Shown here one piece after another: positions 25,427 through 38,095 of a stretch of 64,000 nucleotides of DNA (positions within the stretch are counted from its first letter, which is position 1; each line of letters begins with the position of its first letter). The notes beneath the pieces were generated by a model. That model had not been told where the DNA came from. It made no database searches and saw nothing but the letters and a program-made list of their open reading frames with translations. This stretch comes from Mobula hypostoma. Taxonomy: Eukaryota. Location: assembly GCF_963921235.1 (NCBI RefSeq), contig NC_086097.1:77936001-78000000 (forward strand), in the 5' to 3' direction. Made by a program: the position numbers and the translations under genes.

Positions 25427-26410
25427 AAACAACACACACAAAATGCTGGAGGAACTCAGCAGATGAGGCAGTATCTATGGAAAAGAGCAGAGTTAACATT
25501 TCAAGCAGAGACCCTTCAGCAGGACTAGAGAAAAAAGGCTGAGAAGTGGATTTGAAAGGTTGCAGAAGGGGGAGAGAGAGACACAAGTGATAGGTGAAAC
25601 CTGAAGGAGGGATGAGGTAAAGAGCTGGGAATTTGATTGGTGAAAGAGATACCGGGCTGGAGAAGGGGGAGTCTGATAGAAGGGAACAGAAAGCCATGGA
25701 AGAAAGAAAAAAGGGGGAGGAACACCAGCAGGAGATGATGGGAGGGCAAGGAGATAAGGTAGATTGGGTGACCACTTCACTGAGCACCTACACTCCATCT
25801 GCCAGAAAAAGTGGGATCTTCCAGTGGCCACTCATTTTAATTCCACTTCCCATTTCCGTTCTGATATGTCTATCCACGGCCTCTTCCACTGTTGTGATGA
25901 GACTACACTCAGGTTGGAGGAACAACACCTTATATTCCATCTGGGTAGTCTCCAACCTGATGGCATGAACATCGATTTTTCGAACTTCTAGTAATGCCCC
26001 CCACCCCCGCCATTCCCCATCCTCTTTTCCCTCTCTCACCTCATCTCCCTGCCTGCCCACTGCCTCACTCTGGTGCTCCTCTGCCCTCTTCTCTATTCCA
26101 TGGCCTTCTGTCCTCTTCTGTCAGACTCCCCCTTCTCCAGCCCTGTATCTCTTTCATCAATCAACTTTCCAGCTCTTTACTTCATCCCTCCCCCTTCAGG
26201 TTTCACCTATCACCTTATGTTTCCCTCTCCCCTTCCCCCACCCTTTAAATCTACTCCTCAGCTTTATTTCTGCAGTCCCACCGAAGGGTTTCGGCCTGAA
26301 ACATCAACTGTACTCTTCTCTGATGCTGCCTGGCCTGCTGAGTTCCTCATGCATTTTGTGTGTGCTGCTTGGATTTCCAGCATCTGCAGATTTTCTGTTG
26401 TTAGTGATTA
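25427..26410 (+). mobile_element. Penelope-like element remnant with inverted terminal arrangement
   Basis: GIY-YIG endonuclease C-terminus followed by a terminal repeat; an inverted copy of that repeat (~25427-25760) lies upstream; flanked by direct GAAATCT (25420-25426, 26411-26417). Confidence 0.85.
25764..25991 (+). pseudogene. Penelope-type GIY-YIG endonuclease C-terminal fragment
   Basis: F.EH...I.....LPVA.HFN...H...D......L........RL..E...I..LGSLQPDGMN matches the PLE endonuclease C-terminal pattern. Confidence 0.85.
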
Positions 26411-26535
26411 GAAATCTGAAGTGCAGTTATAAGAATGTATTCTTATAATTGTTCTTGAAATCATGCTTGAAACCACTACTAGACAATTATAATGAAATCA
26501 TTAAAACTGGCCACAGTGACTCATAAACTGCAAGT

Positions 26536-26537
<2 letters not shown>

Positions 26538-26570
<33 letters not shown>
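26538..26570. repeat. (AC)n microsatellite
   Basis: Uninterrupted AC run of about 16 units. Confidence 0.98.
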
Positions 26571-26574
<4 letters not shown>

Positions 26575-26830
26575 ACACATATACAGTATATACATATATC
26601 TATAGTTGTAAGGTTGTACAGCTCACAAGGTCCATGCCAATACTCTTACCCATCTACACTAATCACATTTACTCTATATCTTTCTATGCTTTTCCCATTG
26701 AAGTGACTGCCTAAATATCTCTTAAACAGTGTGATCGTATCTGACCCCACTACCTCCTCTGGCAGCAAATTCCAACTGTCATCCATATTTTAAGATAAAA
26801 AAATCTTTCCCCTTTAAACTCTTTCTTTAA

Positions 26831-27334
26831 CCCTTACATACTGTTCGGGTCAAATTTGACCCGTTTTGACATTTGACAGCAGTAAAAACACCCTAAATGC
26901 CATTTTTTTAGTCAAAATTTGATGACTTTTCCTAAAGTGACCCAAAATGCGCAAAAATGAAAATATTTTAAAATGTTATACTTTTGTACAGGTGCTACAA
27001 ATTTTTGTACATTGAGGCTGCTCTGGGTCAAATTTGACCCGTATCTATTGAAATGGATATTAAATCTCTGAAACGTTAATTAAGGATTAATGCACATTGA
27101 GGCTGTTGCGGGTCAAATTTGACCCGTATCTATTGAAATGGATTTTACATCTCTGAAACATAAATTAAGGATTAATCACCTATTTATTAATGTCAGATAG
27201 GCTATTTATACATTCTAACTAGATCTGTGGTTCAAAATTTGGTATAGACACTTGTTATGAGGGGATTCTTGGGCCGGGTCAGAATTGACCTGGACCATAC
27301 TGTGAAGGTATAGAATATGAACTGTATGTAAAGG
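26831..27334. mobile_element. piggyBac-type non-autonomous element (504 bp)
   Basis: TTAA on both sides (26827-26830, 27335-27338); 16-bp TIRs CCCTTACATACTGTTC / GAACTGTATGTAAAGG (14/16); internal palindromes. Confidence 0.88.
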
Positions 27335-27999
27335 TTAAACTTAAACCCATGCCCTCATGTTGTTAATGCACCTACCATGGGAAAATATTTCTGATTATAT
27401 ATCCTATCCATGCTCTAATCATTTTATTTGTATGTATCAGATCACTCTTCATTTCATCCTAGTGTATCTCCTCTACAATAAATCCATATCAAATCGAATG
27501 CGAAAATTGCTGTATTGTAAAGACAAAGATTAGTTTATAACAAACAAGGAACCCCAATCACAATTTCACTCGGAACTAATCAGACCATTAGATTATTCAG
27601 AAGCCATAAGACATCAGTCAATAATGGCAACCTCTGAATGCAGAAATGGGTGTTTTTTTCTGCCCAATAGGCTGATAAAATTGAGTATTGGTCTTCCAAG
27701 CAAAACACTGTTGCCAATAATTTTCCTAGAGAGTCATATTAAGATTCAGGTGTACAGTGAGGATCCATGAATTCTCCATCTAACTACAACTACAGAAATT
27801 GCTCAGATGACAAGCACAATATGCTTTTGGAATATCTATTAACAAACTCCAAGACTGAAATCACTTGGATGTGTCCAAATACAGCCTGCCATCATTTTAC
27901 AAGAGAAGATTTGTCCATTGAATCAGGGCAGAGAATATCTATCTCCAATGTCCTGAAAAGACAAATTTTGAATGAGATATATTCAAAGCCCACTGGCAA

Positions 28000-30012
28000 G
28001 TTCAGTGATCCAGAGCTATACAGGAAGTCCAGGTACAACACATGGAAGGCTATTTTAAGTGTGAAAATAAAACTCTAGTTGAACTTAGAGATGAAATGCA
28101 CATCAGCTCTGGTAGGGCCTGCAGGACATTACTTCCTACAAGGCAAAACTTAGCTTCATGAATGGCTGTGATGATTCACTCCCAGATGAATTCAACACAT
28201 TTTGTACATGCTTTGAAAAGGAGAATAAAACTACACGTGTGTGAATTCCTGCACCATCTGGTGACCCTGTGATCTCTATCTTGGAGGCCAACGTCAGAAC
28301 ATTTTACAAGAGAGTGAGCCTTGGTAGGGCACTGAAAACTTGTGCCAACCAACTGGGTGGGAGTCTTCAAGGACATCTTCAATCTCTGACTGCTGCAGTC
28401 GGAGGTCCCACCTGCTTCAAAAGGGTAACAATCATATCAGTGCTCAAGAAGAACAGAGTGAGCTTCCTAAATGACTATTGCCCAGTTGCACTCACATCTG
28501 CCGTGATGAAGTGCTTTGAGTGGTGAGTCATGGCCAGAATCAAGTCTTGTCTAACCAAGGATCGAGACCTGCTGTAAGTTGCCTATCACCACAATAGATT
28601 ACAAAGGATGCAAAACCACTGGCTGTTACCTTGGATCACCTGGACAATAACAGTATCTACAGCAGGCTGCTGTTTACTATTTACAGCTCAGTGTTCAACA
28701 CAATCATACTCATAGTTCTAACCAAAAAGCTCCAAATCCTGGGCCTCTATACCTCTCTCTGCAACTAGATCCTTGACTTCTTCATCAACAGACTACAGTT
28801 AGTGCTCTTCCTTGCTGACAGTCAACAATGGCACTCTTCAAAGATGTGTGCAGAGCCCATTGCTGTACTCTCTGTACACTCATGACTCTGTGGCTAGGCA
28901 CAGCTCAAATGTAATCTATAAATTTGCTGATGACACAACCATTGTTGGCAGAATTTCAGATGGTGAGGAGGCGGCTACAGGAATGAGATCGATCAGTTGG
29001 TTGAGTGGCGTTGCAACAACCTTGCACTCAACATCAGTAAGACCAAGGAATTGACTGTGGACTTCAGGAACAGGAAGTTGAGGGAACACACACCAGTCCT
29101 CATCAAGGGATCAGCAGTGGAAAGGGTGAGCAGTTTCAAATTCCAAGGTGTCAACATCTCTGAAGATCTATCCTGGGCCCAACATACTGATGCAATTACA
29201 AAGACACAACAGCAGCTACTTATTATTGGGAGTTTGAGAAGACTTAGTATATCATCAAAGACTCCCACAAATTTCTGCCCATATACCATGGAGAGCATAC
29301 TAACTGGTTACATCAATGTCTGGTATGGAGGGGCCACTGTACAGGATTGAAAAAAGCTGCAGAAAGTTGTAAACTCAGCCAGCTCTGTCATGGGCACTAG
29401 CCTCCCAGGCATTGAGAGCATCTTCAAAAGGCGATGCCTTAAAAAGGCAATAGCCATCATAAATTTGTTTATTTATTGATTGATTAATTGAGATAAAGCT
29501 CAGAATAGGCCCTTTGGCTCTTTGAGCTGCACTGCACAGCAATCCCCTAATTTTAAAACCAGCCTAATTACAGGACAATTAACAATGACCAATTAACCTA
29601 CCAACTGGCACATCTTTGGACAGTGTGAGGAAACCAGAGCACCTGGAGGAAACCCACGCGGTCACAGGGAGAGCGTACAAACTCCTTACAGGCAGTGGTG
29701 AGAAGGACTCCCGTCACCCAGGGCATGACCACTTCTCACTGCTACCATCAAGGTGGTGGTACAGGAGCCTGAACACACACACTCAGTGTTTCAGGAACAG
29801 CTTCCATCAGATTTCTGAATAGACAATGAACCCATGTAGATAACCTCACTACTTCTCTTGTTCCTTTTGCACTACTTAATTTAATTTTTATATATATATA
29901 AAAAAAATTGTAATCTATATTTTTAATTATTATGTATTGCAACGAACTGCTGCTGCAAAACAGCACATTTCATGACATACCCTATGCCAGTGATATTAAA
30001 CCTGATTCTGGT
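28000..30012 (+). mobile_element. Decayed Rex1/Babar-type LINE (RT and 3' tail) with a SINE inserted
   Basis: LNDYCPVALTSAVMKCFE, SPLLYSLYTHD, KFADDTTIVG, LNISKTKEL.VDFR and ESILTG.I.VWYG motifs; tail AAACCTGATTCTG. Confidence 0.85.
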
Positions 30013-30224
30013 TCAACGCTAGTGAAATTTCAATGCTAGTGTAATGTCAATTACGATAGCAGCATTTAAGAGGGTTTGGATGAGCATATGAACAGGCAGT
30101 GACGACAGCAATAGGGGACAACCTGAGAGCAGACGGGATTCATTTAATTTGGCATCAAGTTTGGCACAAATCAAAGACTGCAAGAGGCCTTTCCTCTGCC
30201 ATACTGTTCTCTGTTCTATATACC

Positions 30225-30586
30225 AGGAGCATATTATAAGATGTGTATAAGATGATGAGAGGCATTGGTCGTGTGGATAGTCAGAGGCTTTTTCCCTGGG
30301 ATGAAATGGCTAGCACGAGAGGACACGGTTCTAAGGTGCTTGGAAGTAGATACAAAGGAGATGTTTTTTTACGTAGAGAGTGGTGAGTGCATGGAATGGG
30401 CTGCCGGCGACGGTTGTGGAGGCAGATGTGATAGGGTCTTTTAAGAGACTCCTGGACAGGTACACAGATCTCAGAAAAATGGAGGGCTATTGGGTAACCT
30501 TAGGTAATTTCTAAGGTATGGACATCTTTGGCACGGCTTTGTGGACTGAAGGGCCTGTATTGTGCTATAGGTTTTCTATGTTTCTA
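30225..30586 (+). mobile_element. CR1 LINE 3' end fragment
   Basis: VYKMMRGI..V....LF...TRGH and FF..RVV..WN.LP remnants; TTTCTATG tail. Confidence 0.8.
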
Positions 30587-30600
30587 ATATATTGGCCATA

Positions 30601-31054
30601 TGAGGGGTGATTGATAAGTTTGTGGCCTAAGGTAGAAGGAGAGGAGTTATTAACTTCAAACTTTCTGCATTATCACTCAAAGAGTTGACCTGCACGTGCA
30701 TGTAACGAGAGCATCTTGGACCTCCAGGTGGTCCATAGCAGGGGCGATTGATAAGTTCGTAGCCTAAGGTAGAAGGAGATGAGTTATACAGCTCTCGTTC
30801 CATGCACGTGCAGTTCAACTCTGAATGAAAATGCAGAAAGTTTGAAGTTAATAACTCATCCCCTTCTACTGTAGGTGACGAACTTATCAATCACCCCTGC
30901 TGTGAACCACTTCTGTAGGTCCAAGATGCCGACCTCTACAAAGAAGCTCCACGACCGCTGGACTAAGTGTGTAAATGTAGGAAAAATAAATGTGCTAGGT
31001 TTTCTAAAATTGATTCCTTTTACCTTAGGCCATGAACTTATCAATCACCCCTTG
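30601..31054. mobile_element. Mariner-derived MITE, copy 1 (454 bp)
   Basis: TA on both sides; TIR (T/C)GAGGGGTGATTGATAAGTT..TGGCCTAAGGTA at both ends plus two internal copies; remnant LHDRWTKCVNV of a mariner transposase C-terminus. Confidence 0.88.
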
Positions 31055-31931
31055 TATATTAATATAGATTTAGAAGAATGAGGATTGATGTGTATGTTTC
31101 ATCAAGTGTGTGGGACAAAACAGCAAAAACACCAAAACGATCATGGAAATGTCTGACATGACTACATCAGACAGTTCATGTTGACTTGTTGTCAGAAAGG
31201 CAAAGGCGGGTTTGTAATCTTTCTTGGTGACACTTGAGAAGTACTGCGAGAACCTGCACAACAGGAGAACGTAACCTGCAATAACTGGGATTCATCTGTG
31301 GGAAAGACTGTTCTTGAGGAGCTAGCATCAGACAATGGGCCAAGATCATATCAGATTTGTTTGAGGGTTTCATAATCATCCCAGACCACTCAGCCTTTAA
31401 TGGTTTAAAGTATATATACAACCTTGAGAGTTGTCTTCTTGCAGGCAGCCACAAAACAAAGAAATACAATAGAACCCATTAAAGAATAATCTCACACAAC
31501 AAAGACGGTCAAACACCCAATGTGTGAAAAAAAGAGCAAATTATGCAAACAATAAGAAAGTAAACAAATAACACAGAGATCACTAACCAAAAGTGAGTCC
31601 ATAGCCAGGGAGCCAACTCAGCACTGCAGCCAGTGAAGCTGGTGGCTACAGGCCATAGCCACCGAGCCAATCCAGTGCTGAGGCCAGTGTCGATGGTTGC
31701 AGGCCACAGCTGCAGAGCCAGTGCAGCACTGAAGTGCCTTGATCAAATCGTGCAAATAGTGAAAACAAAAGTAAACAAAAACACATGGAACGTGAACTGC
31801 AGAGTGAGTTCACAGCTGCAGAGCCCGTTCAGCATCGAGGTGAGTGAAGCTGGTCCAGAAGCCTGATGGCTGCAGGGTAACAACTGCTCCTGAACCTGGC
31901 GAAATGGGTCCTCCAGGACCTCCCACCCCAA

Positions 31932-32681
31932 GAATTCTGCCTGTTGTTTTCAGCTGCAGGGAAAGCAGTGTTGGACCTTGCTCCCCAGATGGCCTTAAAG
32001 GCATGCCCCCACACACATGCTTGGGCCATTGTCTAGTCCATAAGGGGAGGTACGTGGCAGCATTGCTGTTGTTTTTAGTTTATTTATTTTAGTGACCATG
32101 TGTACCCATGTGAGGTGTGTTACTTATGTAGCTCCTTTGGTACATTGTCCTGTGAGTCACGACTTTTATTTAAGGTCTTTTGCTTAACTTGATTTTATGG
32201 TATTTGTATGGTTAGACTTAAAACTGCATGTAAACCTGAGGCACTGCTGTGCTTTATTATACTGGTGAGTAACTGTACCTACACTCTTTATTCAGTCTGG
32301 TGATAACTCAGAAGCTGTATCTTCTATGAAATCTGACTTGTCTCTCTATGTACAATGTTTTAACAAAACTGCTGTTTGTTAATAAAATGCTATCAGCTTA
32401 GAATACTTTGTCAGACTGCCTGCCTTAAAGGTTCAGAACCTGCCTGTAACCCTGGGATCTGTAACCACTACGTTCTGCAATGTACAAAAAGAGCTGCACA
32501 AGTAACATACCTCACATAGTCACTAAAATAAATCTAATAAAAATATTAGTAATGCTGCAATTTACCTCCCATTATGGACTAGACAATGGCCCAAGTACAT
32601 GTAGGGCATGCTTTTAAGGCCATCTGGGGAGGAATGTCCGATGCTCTTTTCTCTCCTGCCGGAAAGAACAGGCACAATTCT
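31932..32681. repeat. Fold-back element with about 200-bp diverged inverted arms
   Basis: 31932-32148 is the reverse complement of 32478-32681 (e.g. CCCCAGATGGCCTTAAA, TTGGGCCATTGTCTAGTCCATAA, TTTATTTTAGTGAC). No TSD resolved. Confidence 0.8.
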
Positions 32682-32988
32682 CTGTTCCACCTGGCTACAT
32701 TTGCCCCCCCCCCCCAACCAAAACTAATCCCTATCCCACTGATACTCATTTACACTACTGACTGGGAATCTTATTATACAGCCCTCCCTATCAGTACTAT
32801 GAAGGCTCCCACGCAGCCCCACTCTCTTCACTTCAGCGATGGATGATAGACCTCAGTAAATTGAAGGAGTTGGAATGGGCGCCAGCAGGGTCCGCATCGA
32901 TCACCGGAGGGAGCACTGGGGAGCCTTCTCTGCCTCCCTCCTCTTCGGACCCTGAGGAGTTCTGCTGCTCCTGCCCAGAGCTTTCATG

Positions 32989-33224
32989 TGTGGTAAACCA
33001 TATAATTATATGTTGTAACTGGGTTACCTGTCTGGACACGCCCCTCTGCTGACTGCTCCTGTGGCTCCTCCCTCAGACTTCTGAATAAAGGTGATTGGGC
33101 CATTGCTCCTCCTCTCAGTCCAGGGGCAGATACTCAGCATGGTGGAGGTCACATTTTACTGCTAATAAAAGCCTTTCAGTGTTTACTCTACTTCCAGTCT
33201 TTTGGAGTTATTGATAGTGCATCA
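32989..33224 (+). mobile_element. Solo LTR related to the 5391-9844 Gypsy family
   Basis: TGTGGTAAACCATATA...GTGCATCA, collinear with the Gypsy LTRs; perfect 5-bp TSD TCATG (32984-32988, 33225-33229). Confidence 0.95.
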
Positions 33225-36200
33225 TCATGTTCTTCCAATTGATCTAGCACTGAGCTATTACCTGCCATATATTCTATACATTCTTCTGGTCCATAGGGAG
33301 CCTGGAAACACCACACTCTCAGAGTCTGTCTTCTCTTCATTGCTCTATGGCTCAGTAGGGACCCACTCAGGTGCAAGATTCTCTGGTTGTCTCTTGTCCT
33401 CAACTCCAGGGCTGTGTAGTCAAGGTTCAGAGCAGTGGAGATTTCTAAGGGGCCGTGAGGAATCCGCTGGTACTACTGTATACACTGGTTTATCAGGGCT
33501 CAGCTGTGGTGGGGAATGGAAAGCTAGAGATCCTGAATCTTATGGCGGCCTGTGTATTGCCAATTTCGCACATACACTGGTCCTGAGTGCAGATCTGCAT
33601 CCGTTGTGGGGTGCTTGGAGAGCTAACACCAGGACTCTGTTGCCTTTTCCAGCCTTAACACAGCCTGGCCATAGGCCACCTTCAATCGGCCTCAGTGCAG
33701 CTGAATCCACTCCTCCACCCCTCCCCCAAAGTCATCCTCTTCAGCCCCCAATATAATGTCTAGGGTATGTTGAGGATCCATCCAAAGAGGAGAAAATATG
33801 GACAATACTCAGTACTTTAAGTAGTTGTTACTCCAGGTCTGAGGCAGCACAAAAAAAATACCATGGTAGTGTAGCTTCTAGCACAATACTGTTGCAGGTC
33901 AGGTGTCAGAGTTCAGAGTTCAGTCCCAGCATCCTCAGTATGGAATTTGTAAGTCCTCCCCATGGAATGCATAGGGTTCTTCCGGGTGCTTCGGTTTTCT
34001 CCCACAGTCTAAAGATGTACCAATTAGTAGGTTAACCAAGGCCTTAAACCTATCGAATGTGAAAGGTCTTGATAGAGTTGATGTGGAGAAGATGTTTCCT
34101 ATGGTGGGAGTGTCTAAGACCAGAGGACACAGCCACAGAATCAAGGGTGCCCTTTTAAAACAGAGAAGAGGAATTTCTTAAGCCAAAAAGTAGTGAATCT
34201 GTGGAATTTGTTGCCACAGGCAGCTGTGGAGGCCAAGTCTTTATGTATATTTAAGGCAGAGATGGATAGATAGATTCTTGATTGGTCAGGGCATGAAGGG
34301 ATACAGGGAGAAGGCAGGAGATTAGGGCTGAGAGGAAAATTGGGACAGCCATGATGAAATGGCAGCACAGACTTGATGAGCCACATGGCCTAATTCTGCT
34401 CCTATAGCTCATGCTGTGTGGTCCATGAACAGGGTGTGTGGGATCTTTCAGGATGTTACTGGCCCTTTTCAGGCACCTTTCTGTATATATGTGATACAAA
34501 TGCTTTGATCGGTGTAGAAAATATATTGCAAACGGAAATGAAATTCCTGAACTGAGAAGCTAGGGAAACAGACATAAATACATTTTATAATGATAATTCC
34601 AGGAATATAAATCACACAAGTGTTCTGGATATTTCACTTCAACAAATCTGCAAGATCATAAATATTTTTAACCTGTTGCTTTTGTCTTGTAGGTGTCTTC
34701 AACGTCACGTTTGCATATTTGTAGGGTGATGGGAAGATTGGCGAAAGCAGTCTATGTGGGTAAGTATGATATCACTGCTCAATGTACTTGATCATATGTG
34801 TAATATTGTACACATGTGAGCAGTCCAAGAAGAGCCCCGCGAAACCAGATGCACCTTTCAAAGCTCTTTGCTGCCATATGTTTTTCTGCACACTGTGTAT
34901 ATCACAGTGTCTAGTGATCTAACATTGTACAGGCAATGAAAATCAAATGGAAAAGGTTTGAAGCTGCCCAGAGTACTTAAAGTTGTCAAATGCACTGAGC
35001 TTCCATGTGGGAGAATAGATTTGAAAACTTCTATTACCCACAGCAATTTCAATGTGCAGACTTAAAGCAACTCCACAGACAAGCGCAGGAGAAATAAAGG
35101 GCCGATCGCTGAGTATCAATGCTCACGTGACTATTGAGCAGAAACTGTGCAGGATGGCAGCTCGAACCCAATATGGTGTCTGTAGTGTTCTTGTGCAGTG
35201 CGTTGAAACTCTGACTAAATACCAAGTTAAACCGGAGCCAATGAAGACAGAGTCGTAGTAAGGTTAACCATTTACTGTTCACTCTTCCACATTAACATCG
35301 TATGGTGAAAACTCTTGGTAACAAAATACCAACATATACAATGTCTGCTTCATTCTTGAGACAACACACGCGCTTTTCTTTTAGCGAGTGTCTTCAGCCA
35401 CCCGGGGAGGGAGATGGTCGCGTCAAACTGCCGCCGGGCTCGAGCTGACCCCACATTTGAAACTGAAAAGCCGCCACTCATGCTGCTCCAACCGCCGCTT
35501 CCTTTAAGAGAATCCGCGTTAATATTTTCACTTCAAATACTGTCATATGAACTTATGGTTTTGCTTCTATAATGCTTCTTTGTGGGTAAGCACGGAGCTC
35601 TTCCCCTTCATGCTGCACGATTGGCCCCACCTTTTCACCTTCTCTGAACCGGAAGTTACCTCCAAGACGCGACGAAACCGGAGTTGACGTCACCACACGC
35701 CGCGACATACCACAGACAATGAACTTTACCTTCATTAAACTGTAATGTAGTTATCAACCTTTAACCCCAACTAGAAAATGGTTACAAACAAATTATTTAA
35801 AACAGAAACTTAACAAAGTCAAATAAATGCCTTAAGGGCAACACTGTCTGTTTTGGGGGAAAATTGGTGCGCCCTTCAGTTCTTGTATAGAACAAATGGA
35901 GTTGCTGGCTGGTCAAATGATATAATTGATGTTGAAGACAGAAGCAAAAGTGTGCCTGTTCCAAAGGAACCTATGCATAAGCATAAGAAAGTAAAGTCAG
36001 TAGTGTCAGTAACAAAAGTTAGGCTCACAGATACTTGCCAGTTTAACAGACCTGACACCAACAAGACAAAAGATGTTTAATTCTTTTTAATTAAGGATTA
36101 ATTAAATCCTTTTTCAGTAAATTGATAACAAGATTTCAGATTGTTGAAAACCATGATACTATTAGTGACTACGGAGTTGTTGGGATGACTTTGTCTCAGT

Positions 36201-36286
36201 TGAACAATTTTGGCCCTTTCTTAGTTGAGAACTGTGAGACTAGTTCACATATGATCGGCCATGGGTAAAAAACCATCAGTCTAAAC

Positions 36287-37022
36287 CAGTGGTCCCCAAC
36301 CACCGGGCTGCGGTGGAAACGATATGATTTGACGATATGAGTCAGCTGCACCTTTCCTCATTCCGTCACGCACTATTGAACTTGGACATAGGGTTGCCAA
36401 CTGTCCCGTATTAGCCCGGACATACCGCATATTGGGCTAAATTGGTTTGTCCCATACGGGACAGCTCTTATCCCATATTTTTCCCACTAAGGTAGAGCGT
36501 TCCTGTGAAACCATTCGTAAGCCAAAATGGCATAAAGCGAAGAAGCAATTACCATTAATTTATATGGAAAAAAAACTTGTTCCCAGACCCAAAAAATAAC
36601 CTGCCAAATCATACCAAATAACTCATAAAACCTAAAATACTAACATTTAGTAAAAGCAGAAATGATATGGTAAGTACACAACCTATATAAAGTAGAGATA
36701 ATGTATGTACAGTGTAGTTTCACTTAACACAATCGGGAAGATTAAGCCAAAACCGACCTGTAGAGGAGAAACAAAAAGGCATGTACACACATGCGCGTGT
36801 CACACATGCACACACAGGTGCCCAAACAAGGCTTCATGGTCATGGCAGTGTTTCCCGGGGTAAGCACAAGTGTCCTGTATTTGATGCTACTTTTGTCCCT
36901 TATTTGGGAGTGAGAAAGCTGGCAACCCTACTTGAACACCCCCATCCACCCCGTCAGCCCGTCCGCAAGAATATTGTCGATATTAAACTGGTCCGCAGTG
37001 CAAAAAAGGTTGGGGACCCCTG
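36287..37022. mobile_element. hAT (Charlie/MER1-like) MITE hosting a nested element
   Basis: TIRs CAGTGGTCCCCAACC / GGTTGGGGACCCCTG; 8-bp flanks GTCTAAAC / ATCTAAAT (NTCTAAAN, Charlie-type target). Confidence 0.85.
36389..36930. mobile_element. hAT (Blackjack-like) MITE
   Basis: TIRs TAGGGTTGCCA / TGGCAACCCTA; 8-bp TSD CTTGGACA / CTTGAACA. Confidence 0.85.
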
Positions 37023-37299
37023 ATCTAAATTACAGAATTCACCAGAATTAAACTTTCCAGTGTTTGTAAGGTCAAACGAAATGGTTTCCATTCGCAGCAA
37101 AACATGACAGCTACTGCACAGACTCCATGCTGATGCTGTACATGAGTAAATTGTAGAAAAAGTGGGAGATCACGTAATATGGCCAATTCACATGTGTAAG
37201 TAGACACAGGCAGGAAATGCTGCTCCTGACATAACGGACCTTTCCCTTCACAATAGCAGTGGTTTAGTACCACAAACTGCTTCAATTAGGATAAGGACA

Positions 37300-38085
37300 T
37301 AGACCAAGGACTGCAAGGCAGAATAAAATCCAGTCAAGAAGCGTTTCAATATAAATGAAACACTTAAACAAAGTTTCATAGAAAATACTGTAAAATCAGT
37401 GTTGAATCTGATGAAGTGCAAACACCTGATTGACATTAATGGTAATGCATCAGTTTTCAAATTAAATGTAAATTAAGGATTCAACTATCAATAGAGAACT
37501 TAATACAATTTTTGAGTGCTGAATTGTGGGTAAGAGTGAACAGTTTTTAAAGAGAGTTTCAACTGCATGTGTTTGTGTTCAAAAAGTAGATATTGTTGTT
37601 ACTGACAGACAGTTAGGAAAAAGCTAAAAGACAATTTAGAACTGTTTGCTCACTGTGGTTTCAAGCATTCAGGCTTAGAGATGCCAGAAATGACCAGGAG
37701 TGAAAATGAAATGATTTTGCTACCTCAGTGAGTTAGGAACTACAAAGAATTTGAAAGTATCGACAATCATCTCGAATGTTACAATAAAAATGAAGATTTG
37801 GAGGAGGCAATCATTGACAGCATTGTATGAAGGCAGTCCATTATCGACACTAGGAGTTTGCACTGATTTTGTTCATTTACAGTCAATCCAAAGAGTACAG
37901 CCAGTTTACAATACTGTGGTAGTATTTATAGTGTTCCAGTGTATTTCATTTAAATACATAATTTGTTATTCAGTTAATGATTTGTCCTTTTTACACTCTT
38001 AAATATTTCCATGAAAATTCAACTGATTGTGACACCTGCTTAATTGGGCCAAAATGTACTGGTCCCAATTAACCAGAATCCACTG
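37300..38085 (+). mobile_element. Tigger/pogo-like DNA transposon fragment
   Basis: NCF-HCGF-like transposase remnant near 37640; right end AATTAACCAGAATCCACTG followed by TA. Left boundary uncertain. Confidence 0.5.
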
Positions 38086-38095
38086 TACATACATG

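Noticed and set aside
33202..33756. 184-aa ORF starting in the solo LTR
   Set aside because: Non-ATG start, no domain motif; probably non-coding or antisense to decayed repeat sequence.
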